Source: Prevotella sp.
GTDB taxonomy: Bacteria; Bacteroidota; Bacteroidia; Bacteroidales; Bacteroidaceae
Reading direction: 5' to 3'
Assembly: GCA_017400455.1 (NCBI GenBank)
Contig: JAFPTC010000145.1
Span: 22,696 to 86,695 of the forward strand
Length of the DNA: 64,000 nucleotides
The translations under genes and the position numbers were made by a program. This document shows, one piece after another, positions 47,674 through 58,630 of the stretch; position 1 is the first letter of the stretch; every line of letters starts with the position of its first letter. The notes below the pieces were generated by a model. The model saw only the letters and a list, made by a program, of their open reading frames with translations. It made no database searches and was not told the DNA's origin.

Positions 47674-49836
47674 ATGAGAACCATACTGACGATGATGCTG
47701 ACGCTACTGATGGGCAGCACCGCCCTGGCTCAGGGCACAGTGGACGACTACAAACGGGCCAATGCCCTGCGCGGCAAGTATTCAGGCAAGATGACTGGCG
47801 GCGACGTGAACGTGCACCGCATGCGCGGCCAAGGCCATAAGTTCTGGTACTCCGTGTTCAACGGCGACTCTACTATATATAAAGAGGTGGATGCCGACAA
47901 GAACACCGTCACGCTGCTGCCCGGCAACCCCGAGCCTCCCCGCAGACGCGGCGGATGGGGAGGGCCACAGCGCCACTGGATGGAGGTGCCTGACGAGAAG
48001 GACGGCTGGCAGCGCTCACCCATCGACAGCACGCTCTTCATCTTCCATCGCGACAACAACCTCTGGACACGCCAGGGCAACAGCGAGAAGCCGCTGACCA
48101 CCAATGGCGACTCCACCAACTATTACTCAGCCTGGGGACGCTTCTCGCCCGACGGCCGCTACTATGCCACCGTGCGCATAAAACCCGCCCCGAAGCACTA
48201 CGTCTACTACGTGGAGGCCATGCCCTCGCGCCAGCAGCGGAAGCGTGAGGCCTATCAGACCCACGACGGCGGCCCCAGGGCCGTGACGCCCGTGCTCCAC
48301 AAACAGGAATATGCCAAGCCCGGCGACTCGCTGAACTACCGCGTGCCCGTGGTGGTTGAAGTGGCCACCGGCCGCGTGGTGGAGCCATCGACCGAGCTCT
48401 TCAAGCACCAGTATGAGACGTCGGCCCCCAGCTGGGACGACAACAGCCGCACGCTGACCTTCACCTTCAACGAGCGCGGCCACCACACCTACCGCCTGCT
48501 GGAGCTGGACGCCGAGACGGGCAAGGTGCGCACGCTGATAGAAGAGAAGAACGACAAGTACGTGAACTACAACCGCCTGTGGCGCCATGACCTGGCCGAC
48601 GGGCGCCGCATCCTCTGGACCTCGGAGCGCGACGGCCGCAACCACATCTACCTCTACGACCGCCAGAAGGCTCAGCTCATCCGTCAGGTGACGAAGGGCG
48701 AGTTCTACGTGCGCGACATCCAGCGCGTCGACGAGAAGGCCGGCGTAGTCTACTTCTCGGCCAACGGCAAGAGTGGCCTGCGAGCCAGCGACAAGGTGGG
48801 CACAGCCGACGAGGAAGACCCCTACCTTATACATTATTATAAGATAGGGCTGGACGGCAAGCACCTCGTTTGCCTGACGCCCGAGGAGGGCAACCACAGC
48901 GTTACCTACTCCGAAGACATGAAATACCTCGTAGACACCTATAGCACCGTCACCACGCCGCCCGTCACCGTGCTGCGCTCGGGCAAGGACGGCCGCATCC
49001 TGCGCACGCTGGAAACGGCCGACATCTCGCGGCTGAAGGCTGAGGGCTGGACGGCTCCCGAGGTGTTCGTGGCGCCAGGACGCGACGGGGTCACCCCCAT
49101 GTGGGGCATCATCCTGCGCCCCTCGAACTTCGATCCCACGAAGAAATACCCCATCATCGAGTACATCTACTCCGGCCCTGGCGACCAGTATGTGCCTAAG
49201 TCGTTCCGCGCCTGGCACTGGGGCATGGCCGAGCTGGCCGAGTTGGGCTTCATCGTCGTTCAGGTCGACGGCATGACCACGTCGTTCCGCACACGGGCCT
49301 TTGAAGAGGTGTGCTACAAGAACCTGAAGGATGCCGGCTTCCCCGACCGCAAGGCATGGATCAGGGCCGCCGCTGAGAAATATCCCTACATGGACATCGA
49401 CCGCGTGGGCATCTACGGATGCTCGGCCGGCGGACAGAACGCCATGGCCGCCGTGCTCTGGCATGGTGACTTCTACAAGGCCGCCTATGCCGCCTGCGGC
49501 TGCCACGACAACCGCATGGACAAGATTTGGTGGAACGAGCAATGGATGAGCTATCCCATCGACGAGAGCTACAAAGAATGCTCGAACGTGGAGAACGCCT
49601 GGCGACTGGAGCGTCCGCTGATGCTCGTCGTGGGCGAGCTGGACGACAACGTTGACCCCGCCTCGACCATGCAGGTGGTGGCCGCCCTGCAACGGGCCGG
49701 CAAGAACTTCGACCTCGTGGTCATTCCCGGTGCCCACCACACCATGGGCGAGACCTTCGGCGAGCACAAGCGGGCCGACTTCTTCGTGCGCCATCTGCTG
49801 GGCGTGAACCCGCCTAAATGGAACGAGCTGAAATAA
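47674..49836 (+). CDS. S9 peptidase (DPP IV-like)
   Basis: Propeller WTSERDGRNHIYLY; GCSAGG, GELDDNVD, GAHH catalytic triad motifs. Confidence 0.9.
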   Translation: MRTILTMMLTLLMGSTALAQGTVDDYKRANALRGKYSGKMTGGDVNVHRMRGQGHKFWYSVFNGDSTIYKEVDADKNTVTLLPGNPEPPRRRGGWGGPQRHWMEVPDEKDGWQRSPIDSTLFIFHRDNNLWTRQGNSEKPLTTNGDSTNYYSAWGRFSPDGRYYATVRIKPAPKHYVYYVEAMPSRQQRKREAYQTHDGGPRAVTPVLHKQEYAKPGDSLNYRVPVVVEVATGRVVEPSTELFKHQYETSAPSWDDNSRTLTFTFNERGHHTYRLLELDAETGKVRTLIEEKNDKYVNYNRLWRHDLADGRRILWTSERDGRNHIYLYDRQKAQLIRQVTKGEFYVRDIQRVDEKAGVVYFSANGKSGLRASDKVGTADEEDPYLIHYYKIGLDGKHLVCLTPEEGNHSVTYSEDMKYLVDTYSTVTTPPVTVLRSGKDGRILRTLETADISRLKAEGWTAPEVFVAPGRDGVTPMWGIILRPSNFDPTKKYPIIEYIYSGPGDQYVPKSFRAWHWGMAELAELGFIVVQVDGMTTSFRTRAFEEVCYKNLKDAGFPDRKAWIRAAAEKYPYMDIDRVGIYGCSAGGQNAMAAVLWHGDFYKAAYAACGCHDNRMDKIWWNEQWMSYPIDESYKECSNVENAWRLERPLMLVVGELDDNVDPASTMQVVAALQRAGKNFDLVVIPGAHHTMGETFGEHKRADFFVRHLLGVNPPKWNELK

Positions 49837-49859
49837 TCACTGTCAAACCAATACAAAAT

Positions 49860-52268
49860 ATGAAAAAAAGACTATTTGCCATGCTGCTGTGCCTGTCACT
49901 TCTCGGGCAGGCCCAAGCCCAAGTGTCCTTTGGCAAGGCAGAGAAAATGAACGACGGATGGCGCTTCCTGCGAGTAGACTCCGCATGGAACGTTTTTGAG
50001 TCGCCCAATATGAAGAACCCCGACTACGACGACTCGCGCTGGCGGCGCGTCACCCTGCCCCACGACTGGAGCGCCGAGCTGCCCATGTCGCCCGACAAAG
50101 GCTCGTGCCAGGGCTACCTGCCTGGCGGCATCGGCTGGTACAGGAAGGCGCTGCCCTCTACCCTCAACGCTCAATCTTCCACCCATCATTATATCTATTT
50201 CGAGGGCGTATACAACTACTCCGAGGTCTACCTCAACGGCCACCTGCTGGGCATACGCCCCAGTGGCTTCGCCTCGTTCATGTATGACCTCACACCCTAT
50301 CTGCGCGCCGACGGCGAGAACATTTTGGCCGTGCGGGTGAACCACTCGCAGGAGGCCGACTCCCGCTGGTACACCGGATCGGGCATCTACCGCAACGTGT
50401 GGCTCATCAGCGCCCCCGAGGTGCACCTTGCACAATGGGGCACCGCCTGGCGGCTGCGCGACAACAAGCTGAACCAGCTGGAAGTAGACGTAGAGACCAC
50501 CGACGAGCGCACCGACAAAAGCCCGCTGACGCTGAAAGCCACCGTTGAGCTGGCCGACGCCACGGGCAAGGTGGTGGCAAAGGCCACGACAAACATTGGA
50601 GCCCAGCAGAAGAAGACCGTAAGGCTCAGCATCCCCCATCCCCAGCGCTGGACGCTCGACGACCCCTATCTCTACACCCTTACCACCCGTCTCAGCAACG
50701 GCGACGAGAGCGTAGTCCGCGTGGGACTGCGCACGCTGGAGTTCTCAGCCGACAAAGGCTTTGCCCTCAACGGCCAGTGGATGAAGGTGAAGGGCGTCTG
50801 CGTACACGACGATGCCGGCGTGCTGGGCACGGCCGTGCCCGCCGAGGTGTGGCGCCGCCGCATCAAGGAGCTGAAAAGCCTTGGTGCCAACGCCATACGC
50901 CTGAGCCACAACCCTCACGCCCCCGAGCTATACGACATCTGCGACGAGGAAGGCATGCTCGTCATGGACGAAGCCTCCGACGAGTGGGAGTTCCCCAAGC
51001 GCAAATGGCTGAAGGGCTGGAACCAGGGCCGTCCCGGCTTCGAAGGCACCTACACCTACTTCGAGGAGTGGATAGACCGCGACGTGGCCGACATGGTGCG
51101 CCGCGACCGCTGCCATCCCAGCATCTTCCTCTGGTCCATCGGCAACGAGGTGGACTATCCTAACGACCCCTACTCCCACCCCGTACTCGACGGCGACGGC
51201 ACCGGCTTCACCCAGCCCATGTATGGCGGCTACAAGCCCGACCAGCCCAACGCCGAGCGCATCGGCCTCATCGCCCAGCGACTGGCCAAGATCGTGAAGG
51301 ACATCGACCCCTCGCGTCCCACCACCGGTGCTTTGGCCGGCGTGGTGATGTCGAACCAGACGCTCTACCCCGAGGCCGTCGACGTGGTGGGCTACAACTA
51401 CACCGAGAGCCGCTACGACGAAGACCACAAGACCTATCCGCAGCGCGTCATCTACGGCTCGGAGAACCGCCACGACCTGGCCGCATGGAAGGCCGTGCGC
51501 GACAAGGAGCACATCTTCGGCCAGTTCCTCTGGACAGGCATCGACTATCTGGGCGAGAGCGGCACGTGGCCAGCACGTGGCAGCAGCGCCGGACTGCTCG
51601 ACCTGGCCGGACAACGCAAGCCCAACGGCTGGTATCGGGCAGCCCTGTGGAGCCAGCAGCCCACCTGCTACATTGGCACCTACCCCATCGGCCAGCAGCG
51701 TGCAGGACGACGCGGGGGCAACCGAGGCAACAATGTCTCGCCTTACGCCGCTGACACCTGGAACTACGCCAACGGCCAGCGTGTGCGCGTGGTGTGCTAC
51801 ACCAATGCACCGTCGGCACGCCTGCTGCTCAACGGCCAGCCACTGAGCGCCGAGTTCCAGCGCGACGAGCAGAGCGACATCCTCTACACCGACATCGACT
51901 ACCAGCCCGGCACCCTGCGCTGCGAGGCCTCCAACGGCGCCAGCTACGAAGTGAAGACCAGCGGCCAGCCCGCAGCCCTGCGCCTCACCACCGACGGCAA
52001 GATGCACCTCTTCGTCGAGGTGATCGACGCCCAGGGCAACCTGGTGAAGACCGCCGACAACGAGGTGACCCTGATGGTGCGCGGCGGACGCCTCTTAGGC
52101 ATGGAGAACGGCAACATCGGCGACAGCCAGCTCAGCGGACGCCAGCAGCGCAACCGTCTGCGCACCCTGGGCGGACGCCTGGTGGCCTACATCGAGCCAC
52201 AGCCTGGCCAGCAGGTCAGCGTTCAGGCCATGGCCGCCTACCTGCCCACGGCAGAGATAGCATTCTAA
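49860..52268 (+). CDS. GH2 glycoside hydrolase (beta-galactosidase-like)
   Basis: LPHDWS, YFEGVY, SRWYTGSGIYRNV, IRLSHNP, WSIGNE, WTGIDYLGE; start reassigned to MKKRLF. Confidence 0.92.
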   Translation: MKKRLFAMLLCLSLLGQAQAQVSFGKAEKMNDGWRFLRVDSAWNVFESPNMKNPDYDDSRWRRVTLPHDWSAELPMSPDKGSCQGYLPGGIGWYRKALPSTLNAQSSTHHYIYFEGVYNYSEVYLNGHLLGIRPSGFASFMYDLTPYLRADGENILAVRVNHSQEADSRWYTGSGIYRNVWLISAPEVHLAQWGTAWRLRDNKLNQLEVDVETTDERTDKSPLTLKATVELADATGKVVAKATTNIGAQQKKTVRLSIPHPQRWTLDDPYLYTLTTRLSNGDESVVRVGLRTLEFSADKGFALNGQWMKVKGVCVHDDAGVLGTAVPAEVWRRRIKELKSLGANAIRLSHNPHAPELYDICDEEGMLVMDEASDEWEFPKRKWLKGWNQGRPGFEGTYTYFEEWIDRDVADMVRRDRCHPSIFLWSIGNEVDYPNDPYSHPVLDGDGTGFTQPMYGGYKPDQPNAERIGLIAQRLAKIVKDIDPSRPTTGALAGVVMSNQTLYPEAVDVVGYNYTESRYDEDHKTYPQRVIYGSENRHDLAAWKAVRDKEHIFGQFLWTGIDYLGESGTWPARGSSAGLLDLAGQRKPNGWYRAALWSQQPTCYIGTYPIGQQRAGRRGGNRGNNVSPYAADTWNYANGQRVRVVCYTNAPSARLLLNGQPLSAEFQRDEQSDILYTDIDYQPGTLRCEASNGASYEVKTSGQPAALRLTTDGKMHLFVEVIDAQGNLVKTADNEVTLMVRGGRLLGMENGNIGDSQLSGRQQRNRLRTLGGRLVAYIEPQPGQQVSVQAMAAYLPTAEIAF

Positions 52269-52287
52269 TCACCAACTTGATAATAAC

Positions 52288-53349
52288 ATGACCATGTACA
52301 AACATTTCATTTGCCATCTGGCCCTTCTCCTCTGCGCCGCCCCGCTGCTGGCCCAGCCCCGAGGATGGGCCACCATGAACGGAGGCACCGACGGCGGCCG
52401 GGGACAGAACCCCATCGTAGTAACCACCTGCCAGGAACTGGTGAAAGCCCTGGGCAAGCGCGACACCACGCGCCGCACCATCTACGTGAAAGGCCGCATC
52501 GATATGCCTGGACTACAGCGCGTGAAGGAAGTGAGCAACAAGACCATCATCGGACTGCCCGGCTCGTCACTGGTGAACGACCGCTACACGCTGGAGAAAG
52601 ACTCCTCGGGCATCCTTTACTTCGACCGCTGCCACAACATCGTGCTGCAGAACCTGACATTCCTGGGGCCGGGAGCCTTCGACCGCGATGCCAACGACAA
52701 CCTCTGCGTGTCGCGCTCAACCCACATCTGGGTGGACCACTGCGACTTCCAGGACGGCATGGACGGCAACTTCGACTGCAACAGCGGCTCAGACCTCATC
52801 ACCGTGTCGTGGTGCCGCTTCCGCTACCTGAAGCAGCCCTGGCCCAAGCTGGCCGACGACGACAATCCCGACCACAACAGCGACCACCGCTTCAGCAACC
52901 TCTGGGGCAGCAGCGACCGCGACACCATCAACAGTCAGGGCCGCCTGCGCACCACCTTCGACCACTGCTGGTGGGACGAGGGCTGCCGCGCCCGCATGCC
53001 CTTTGTGCGCTTTGGCCAGATTCACCTGCTCAACTGCCTCTACAGCAGCAGCGTGGCCAGCGTCTACGTGCAGTCGCGCTTCCGTTCCAACGTGCTGGCC
53101 GAAGGCTGCGTCTTCGTCAGCAAGTCGAAGAACCTGAAGCTCTTCCAGACGCCCTCCTCGTCCAAGCCCGAATTCCAGGACTACAACATCCGCTTCCGCT
53201 CCTGCCAGGGAGCCGACGACCTGGAGCAGCGCCACGGCAACACCCCCTACTTCGAGCCGCCCTATGCCTACGAGGCCCAGTGCGCCTGCCAGGTAGAGGC
53301 CACCGTCAGCGCCTCGGCAGGTGCCACGCTGGCCATCAGCGAACCATAG
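52288..53349 (+). CDS. PL1 pectate lyase
   Basis: SNKTIIG, HIWVDHCDF, ITVSWC, RMPFVRFGQIH. Confidence 0.85.
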   Translation: MTMYKHFICHLALLLCAAPLLAQPRGWATMNGGTDGGRGQNPIVVTTCQELVKALGKRDTTRRTIYVKGRIDMPGLQRVKEVSNKTIIGLPGSSLVNDRYTLEKDSSGILYFDRCHNIVLQNLTFLGPGAFDRDANDNLCVSRSTHIWVDHCDFQDGMDGNFDCNSGSDLITVSWCRFRYLKQPWPKLADDDNPDHNSDHRFSNLWGSSDRDTINSQGRLRTTFDHCWWDEGCRARMPFVRFGQIHLLNCLYSSSVASVYVQSRFRSNVLAEGCVFVSKSKNLKLFQTPSSSKPEFQDYNIRFRSCQGADDLEQRHGNTPYFEPPYAYEAQCACQVEATVSASAGATLAISEP

Positions 53350-53436
53350 CAAGCAAATTTTGTTGGGCAAATATTTGCCAGATAGAAAATAAATGGCTAT
53401 CTTTGCAAATGACAACCACAAAATGTGAAGAGAGAT

Positions 53437-55245
53437 ATGCAGCAAGTTAACTCACACCTGTCCCGTCTGGTACACGATGTAGCTGCCCGACTGGGCAACC
53501 GCGAGGCCCTCATCTACAAGGACTTCGGAAGCAAGAAATGGAAGTCCTATAGCTGGAACGACTTCTCGCAGAAAGTGAAGCTCGTGTCAAACGCCCTGCT
53601 CAACATGGGCGTACAGGTACAGGAAAACATTGGTGTGTTCTCGCAAAACAGCGTGCAATACCTCTTCACCGACTTTGGCGCCTGGGGCATCCGCGCCGTC
53701 ACCATTCCCTTCTACGCCACCAGCTCCGAGCAGCAAATCCAGTTCATGGTCAGCGATGCCCAGATTCGCTTCCTCTTCGTGGGCGAGCAGCAGCAGTACG
53801 ACAAAGCCCGCCGCATCTTCCCCACCTGCCACTCGCTGGAGCGCATCATCGTCTTCGATTCCGCCGTGACCATCGCCGAGGGCGACAAGTCGGCCATGCA
53901 CTTCGACGAATTCCTCCGCCTGGGCGAGGGGCTGCCCCGCCAGAGCGAGGTTGACAGCCTCACGGCCGCCGCCACCATGGACGACATCGCCAACATCCTC
54001 TACACCAGCGGCACCACCGGCGACTCCAAGGGCGTGCTGCTCAGCTGCGGACAGTATCATGCCGCCATGGAGGCCAACCACCAGTGCGTGCCCGTGACCG
54101 AGGACGACCGCGTGCTGAACTTCCTGCCCTTCACCCACATCTTCGAGAAAGGCTGGAAGATTCTGTGCATCACCATGGGCGCACGCCTCATCGTGAACAC
54201 CAACCCCATGGAGGTGCAGCAGAGCATGCGCGAGCAGCACCCCACCTGCATGAGCGCTGTGCCGCGCTTCTGGGAAAAGGTCTACATGGGCGTCATGGAG
54301 AAAATCGAGGCCAGCAGCCCCGTGAAGCGCAAGCTCTTCGAGCACGCACTGAAGGTGGGCCGCCGCCACAACATCGAGTTCCTGGCCAGCGGCAAGCGGC
54401 CACCACTGGCGCTACAGCTGGAATACAAGGCGCTGAACAAGACCGTCTTCTCCCTGGTGCGCCGCGAGCTGGGCTTAGAGAACGCCCACTTCTTCCCCAC
54501 GGCGGGAGCCGCCGTGTCGCCCCACGTCGAGGAGTTCGTCCACAGCATCGGGCTGAACATGATTGTGGGCTACGGCCTGACCGAGTCGCTGGCCACCGTC
54601 ACCTGCGACCACCTGGGCGAGGCCTTCACCGTGGGCAGCGTGGGCCAGCCCATCCAGGGCATCAGCATCCGCATCAGCGACGAGGGCGAGGTGCTGCTCA
54701 AGGGCCCCACCATCACCCGTGGCTACTACCGCCGCGACGACCTCACCCGCCAGTCCTTCACCCCCGACGGCTATTTCCGCACGGGCGACTCCGGCTATAT
54801 GAAAGACGGCGAGCTCTTCCTCAAAGACCGTATCAAAGACCTCTTCAAAACCTCGAACGGCAAGTACATCGCCCCGCAGATGATCGAGTCGAAGCTGCTC
54901 GTCGATAAGTACATCGACCAGGTAGCCATCATTGCCGACGAGCGCAAGTTCGTCTCGGCCCTCATCATTCCCGAGTACCACCTATTAGAGGACTATGCCC
55001 GCCAGCACGACATCAGCTTCACCGACCGCCGCGACCTGTGCCAGAACGAGCAGATCCACCAGATGCTCATGGAGCGCATCGACACCCTCCAGCAGCAGCT
55101 GGCCCAGTACGAGCAGGTGAAGCGCTTCACCCTCCTGCCCCAGCCCTTCTCCTTAGAGCGTGGCGAGCTCACCAACACCCTGAAGATCAAGCGCCGCGTG
55201 CTCAACGAGAACTATCGCCGCGAGATTGACAAGATGTACGAGTAG
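53437..55245 (+). CDS. Long-chain fatty acid-CoA ligase
   Basis: LYTSGTTGDSKGV, GYGLTES, FRTGDSG, DRIKDLFKTSNGKYIAP. Confidence 0.93.
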   Translation: MQQVNSHLSRLVHDVAARLGNREALIYKDFGSKKWKSYSWNDFSQKVKLVSNALLNMGVQVQENIGVFSQNSVQYLFTDFGAWGIRAVTIPFYATSSEQQIQFMVSDAQIRFLFVGEQQQYDKARRIFPTCHSLERIIVFDSAVTIAEGDKSAMHFDEFLRLGEGLPRQSEVDSLTAAATMDDIANILYTSGTTGDSKGVLLSCGQYHAAMEANHQCVPVTEDDRVLNFLPFTHIFEKGWKILCITMGARLIVNTNPMEVQQSMREQHPTCMSAVPRFWEKVYMGVMEKIEASSPVKRKLFEHALKVGRRHNIEFLASGKRPPLALQLEYKALNKTVFSLVRRELGLENAHFFPTAGAAVSPHVEEFVHSIGLNMIVGYGLTESLATVTCDHLGEAFTVGSVGQPIQGISIRISDEGEVLLKGPTITRGYYRRDDLTRQSFTPDGYFRTGDSGYMKDGELFLKDRIKDLFKTSNGKYIAPQMIESKLLVDKYIDQVAIIADERKFVSALIIPEYHLLEDYARQHDISFTDRRDLCQNEQIHQMLMERIDTLQQQLAQYEQVKRFTLLPQPFSLERGELTNTLKIKRRVLNENYRREIDKMYE

Positions 55246-55270
55246 CAGCCTTCCCTTGGGCCTTACGCTT

Positions 55271-56944
55271 ATGACCACGGTTCTTCGCCAACCCCTCAAG
55301 GCTGTCCTTGGCATGCTGCTCCTGCTCCTCGCCGCCTGCGGCGAGAGCCACCAGCAGATGGTCCTCCAGCTGGAAGAGCTGGAGCGGCAGAACCGCGCCG
55401 ACTCCCTGATGCTGAACGACACGCTGGCCCTGCGCCTGGCCGACTATTTCGACCGCCACGGCAGCGCCAACGAGCGCCTCCGCGCCCACTACATCCTCGG
55501 TCGCACCTATGCCGACATGGGCGAGGCGCCCGCCGCCCTCAGCGCCTATCTTGACGCCGCCGACTGCGCCGACACCACCCAGGCCGACTGCGACTACCAG
55601 ACTCTATATAAAGCCTATGCACAGATGGCCACCATCTTTCACAAACAGAACCTGCCCCAAGACGAAATCATTGCTCTCAATAAATACTCTCAATATGTCA
55701 GAATGGATAATCCTACAGATACAACAAGGTATCTTGTGGCACGAAGACAAATGGTCAGGCCCTATTTCCTTTTAGGGGAAAAGGATTCCGTACTGGAAAT
55801 CATTGAGCAATCAACTAAGCAGCTTCTTGGAATAGGTAGTCGCCAGGAAGCGGCACGCGGGCTATTAACCGCTATCTATATCTATACCGAACGAGGGCAA
55901 TTGCATAAGGCAAACGAACTATTAACCACGTTTGAAAGAGAGTCCAATCTGTTCGATGCGAAAGGAAACATAGCCAAAGGCAGGGAAGACTACTACTGGA
56001 TTAAGGGAAATCTTGAGTTAGCCAAAGGCAACATGGAAACCGCTGATTCCTTTTTCCGCAAAGGCATTCTCTATGGAAGCTATGAAGCTGTTTCCAGCTC
56101 ATATAAAGGTATGCTATCCATCTTTCACCACAAAAGAGATATTGATTCCATAGCCCGTTATTCCCGCCTGAACGAGTACGCCCTCGACTCCCTTCACAAA
56201 CGCATACAGACAGATGCAATCCACCAAACTTCAGCACTTTACAACTATAGCCGTTATCAAACCATTGCCAATCGGGAACACCAACGGGCCAAAAACGAGG
56301 GAGATAAAAAGAACATTCTTATTGTCATTGTTCTTTCCATTTTCATTCTGGCAATTGCCCTTTTAGCAGCATGGAGAAAAAGAAGAAAGCAAATATTACT
56401 GAAATATGAGAGGAACATGGAAGAGCTGCAAAGAGCTAATGCCGACCTCAATAACCTGCATGCGCTGGAAGCCGAGAAGACCGACCTGCAGGCGCTGAGC
56501 GACGAGCTGTACAGGCAGATTGCCGCGAAAGAGGCTGCCGTGGGCCATTTGCAAAGGGAGATAGCCCAGCTGCGAAGGGAGAACGTTCCGCAGGTGAGCG
56601 TTGCCGAACAGCAGCTGAGCCAGTCGGACCTCTATCGCCGACTGCACCAGTCGGCAAAGTGCGAGGCTATTCCCGAGGAGGAATGGCAGGCGATAGACGC
56701 CATGGTCAGAAACACCCTGCCCGGCTATCACCGTTTCCTTTCATCATTGCGCTATTCCCCCGATAGCAACGAATACAGAATCTGCCTGTTGCTCCGCCTG
56801 CACATCCGCATGCAGGATGCAAGTGGCTTCATCGGAATATCCAAGTCGTATGTTTCGCGAATGAGCAGCACCATTCTGGACGAGGTTTTCGCCCTTAAAG
56901 GCAGCGGAAAGGAGCTTCAGAAACAGCTGGAACGCATCAGTTGA
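55271..56944 (+). CDS. TPR-rich membrane-anchored protein with coiled coil and C-terminal HTH-like region (putative regulator)
   Basis: LLAAC signal, RAHYILGRTYADMG TPR, TM segment NILIVIVLSIFILAIALL, EYRICLLLRL...ISKSYVSRM. Confidence 0.7.
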   Translation: MTTVLRQPLKAVLGMLLLLLAACGESHQQMVLQLEELERQNRADSLMLNDTLALRLADYFDRHGSANERLRAHYILGRTYADMGEAPAALSAYLDAADCADTTQADCDYQTLYKAYAQMATIFHKQNLPQDEIIALNKYSQYVRMDNPTDTTRYLVARRQMVRPYFLLGEKDSVLEIIEQSTKQLLGIGSRQEAARGLLTAIYIYTERGQLHKANELLTTFERESNLFDAKGNIAKGREDYYWIKGNLELAKGNMETADSFFRKGILYGSYEAVSSSYKGMLSIFHHKRDIDSIARYSRLNEYALDSLHKRIQTDAIHQTSALYNYSRYQTIANREHQRAKNEGDKKNILIVIVLSIFILAIALLAAWRKRRKQILLKYERNMEELQRANADLNNLHALEAEKTDLQALSDELYRQIAAKEAAVGHLQREIAQLRRENVPQVSVAEQQLSQSDLYRRLHQSAKCEAIPEEEWQAIDAMVRNTLPGYHRFLSSLRYSPDSNEYRICLLLRLHIRMQDASGFIGISKSYVSRMSSTILDEVFALKGSGKELQKQLERIS

Positions 56945-57214
56945 GATGAAACACGCTTCTGCTAACTCGTTGATATTCAACCACTCCCTTCTTAGTAAAC
57001 TTTTTGTAAACTTTTTCTGTCCAAATAATTTGGAAGCAATGCTTATTATTCGTAGCTTTGCAGTGCTAAATCATTACTAATCATTAAAATCAGAAGAAAG
57101 GGAAGAAACTCTCTATTGCCAATGGATCAGAAGGAGTCATGATTTTCGACAACTTCGAATGTGAAAAAGGTGGTAGAATTGAAATAAAGTAATTATTAAC
57201 AAAAGCAAAGCATT

Positions 57215-58612
57215 ATGAAAGCATTTAGACTACTATTAGTTTTGCTGCTGGGTACCGTTCCTTGCGCCGCCCAGGAGTATGCCAACCGCGAGGTACAGCT
57301 GTGCGAGGCCAATAATGTGCAGGCTGGCAAGCCGGTTGACGTGACGAAGAAAAGCTCGGAGGCAGCCATGCGCTATGAGACCGTGCCCGTGCGCGTCTTC
57401 AGCGGCGACTACCTGACTGGGCTGGAGTTCAGAGGCTACAACCCTGGGCCGGAGCTGAAGCGACACATGACGGTGAAAGTGAGCGTCGACTTTCTGGAGA
57501 TGGCTTACAGCACCGTGTTCGACGGCACCTGCACTATTCTCAGCGGTGGCACGGCCGATGCCTGCGTACCCTTGCTGAGTATCGAGTTCGACAAGCCGTT
57601 ACTCATCAAGGAAAACATGGCCCGACTGAACGTGAATATCGTGAGCACAGGAGATGCAGCGTCGGAGCCTGTCTACTTCGAGCAGCAAGTGACGGAGTTC
57701 ACCTCCGTGCCTGTCGTCCAGCTGAACCTGCGCTCGGAAGTGGCCGACTTCACCCCCGTGCTGAAGAACCAGGACAGCCGTCCGGTAGCCGATGCACATG
57801 TGAGCATCAGCAACGACGTGTTCCATTACGAGGGCACCAGCGACTACTACGGCCAGCTCAGCTTCAGGGTGGAAGAAGCCAATGCGCCCTACACCATGCG
57901 CATTTCAGCCCCGGGCTATCCCGATTATGAAACGGCCTCTTTCTATCTGAAGCAGCAGTCCTTCGACAATCCCAACCTGATAGCCCCTCCCACTGAGGTG
58001 ATGCTGAGCAACCGCCTGGAATTCAAGGCCAACCAGCAGGCTACCATCATCCTGCCCGAGGCGCCTGATGCATCGTGGGGCCGCTACTACCGCCTCGACC
58101 GCCACGAGGGCGCCACCGTCATCTTCGAGCGGGAGTATGAGCCAAAGGCCAATACGCCCTACGTCATCTTCCCCGACAAGAACTTCAGCGTCAGCCTTTC
58201 GGGCTACGACCCTGCACAGCTTCCCACCCCTGGCATAGTACGCTTCCCCGGCGATGAAAGCGGCCTGAACTATGGCTTCTACGGCACATACAAAAGCCAG
58301 TTCGTAGGAGGCTACCTTTTCGACGGTGAACATGCCTATATCATTGATTCAACGGCCGACTGCACGCAGATGGGCGAACTGCGCTACCAGATGGGAGCCT
58401 TCCGAGCTTATCTGGTGCTGGGCACCTTCAGCCCCTATATGACCTTCACCGGCCCCGAATATGTTTTCGTTGGTGAGCAGACGGGCATCAGCGACATTGA
58501 GCAGGCAAACCAGCAAGCCGGCACCTGCTTCGACCTCCAGGGCCGCCGCCTCAACGGAGTACCCCAGCGGGGCATGTATATCCGCGACGGAAGGAAGTAC
58601 GTGGTGAAGTGA
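57215..58612 (+). CDS. Secreted protein with Prevotella-type C-terminal sorting tail
   Basis: Signal peptide; ends TGISDI...FDLQGRRLNGVPQRGMYIRDGRKYVVK. Confidence 0.8.
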   Translation: MKAFRLLLVLLLGTVPCAAQEYANREVQLCEANNVQAGKPVDVTKKSSEAAMRYETVPVRVFSGDYLTGLEFRGYNPGPELKRHMTVKVSVDFLEMAYSTVFDGTCTILSGGTADACVPLLSIEFDKPLLIKENMARLNVNIVSTGDAASEPVYFEQQVTEFTSVPVVQLNLRSEVADFTPVLKNQDSRPVADAHVSISNDVFHYEGTSDYYGQLSFRVEEANAPYTMRISAPGYPDYETASFYLKQQSFDNPNLIAPPTEVMLSNRLEFKANQQATIILPEAPDASWGRYYRLDRHEGATVIFEREYEPKANTPYVIFPDKNFSVSLSGYDPAQLPTPGIVRFPGDESGLNYGFYGTYKSQFVGGYLFDGEHAYIIDSTADCTQMGELRYQMGAFRAYLVLGTFSPYMTFTGPEYVFVGEQTGISDIEQANQQAGTCFDLQGRRLNGVPQRGMYIRDGRKYVVK

Positions 58613-58630
58613 TGAAAAGGGGCAGTCCTG

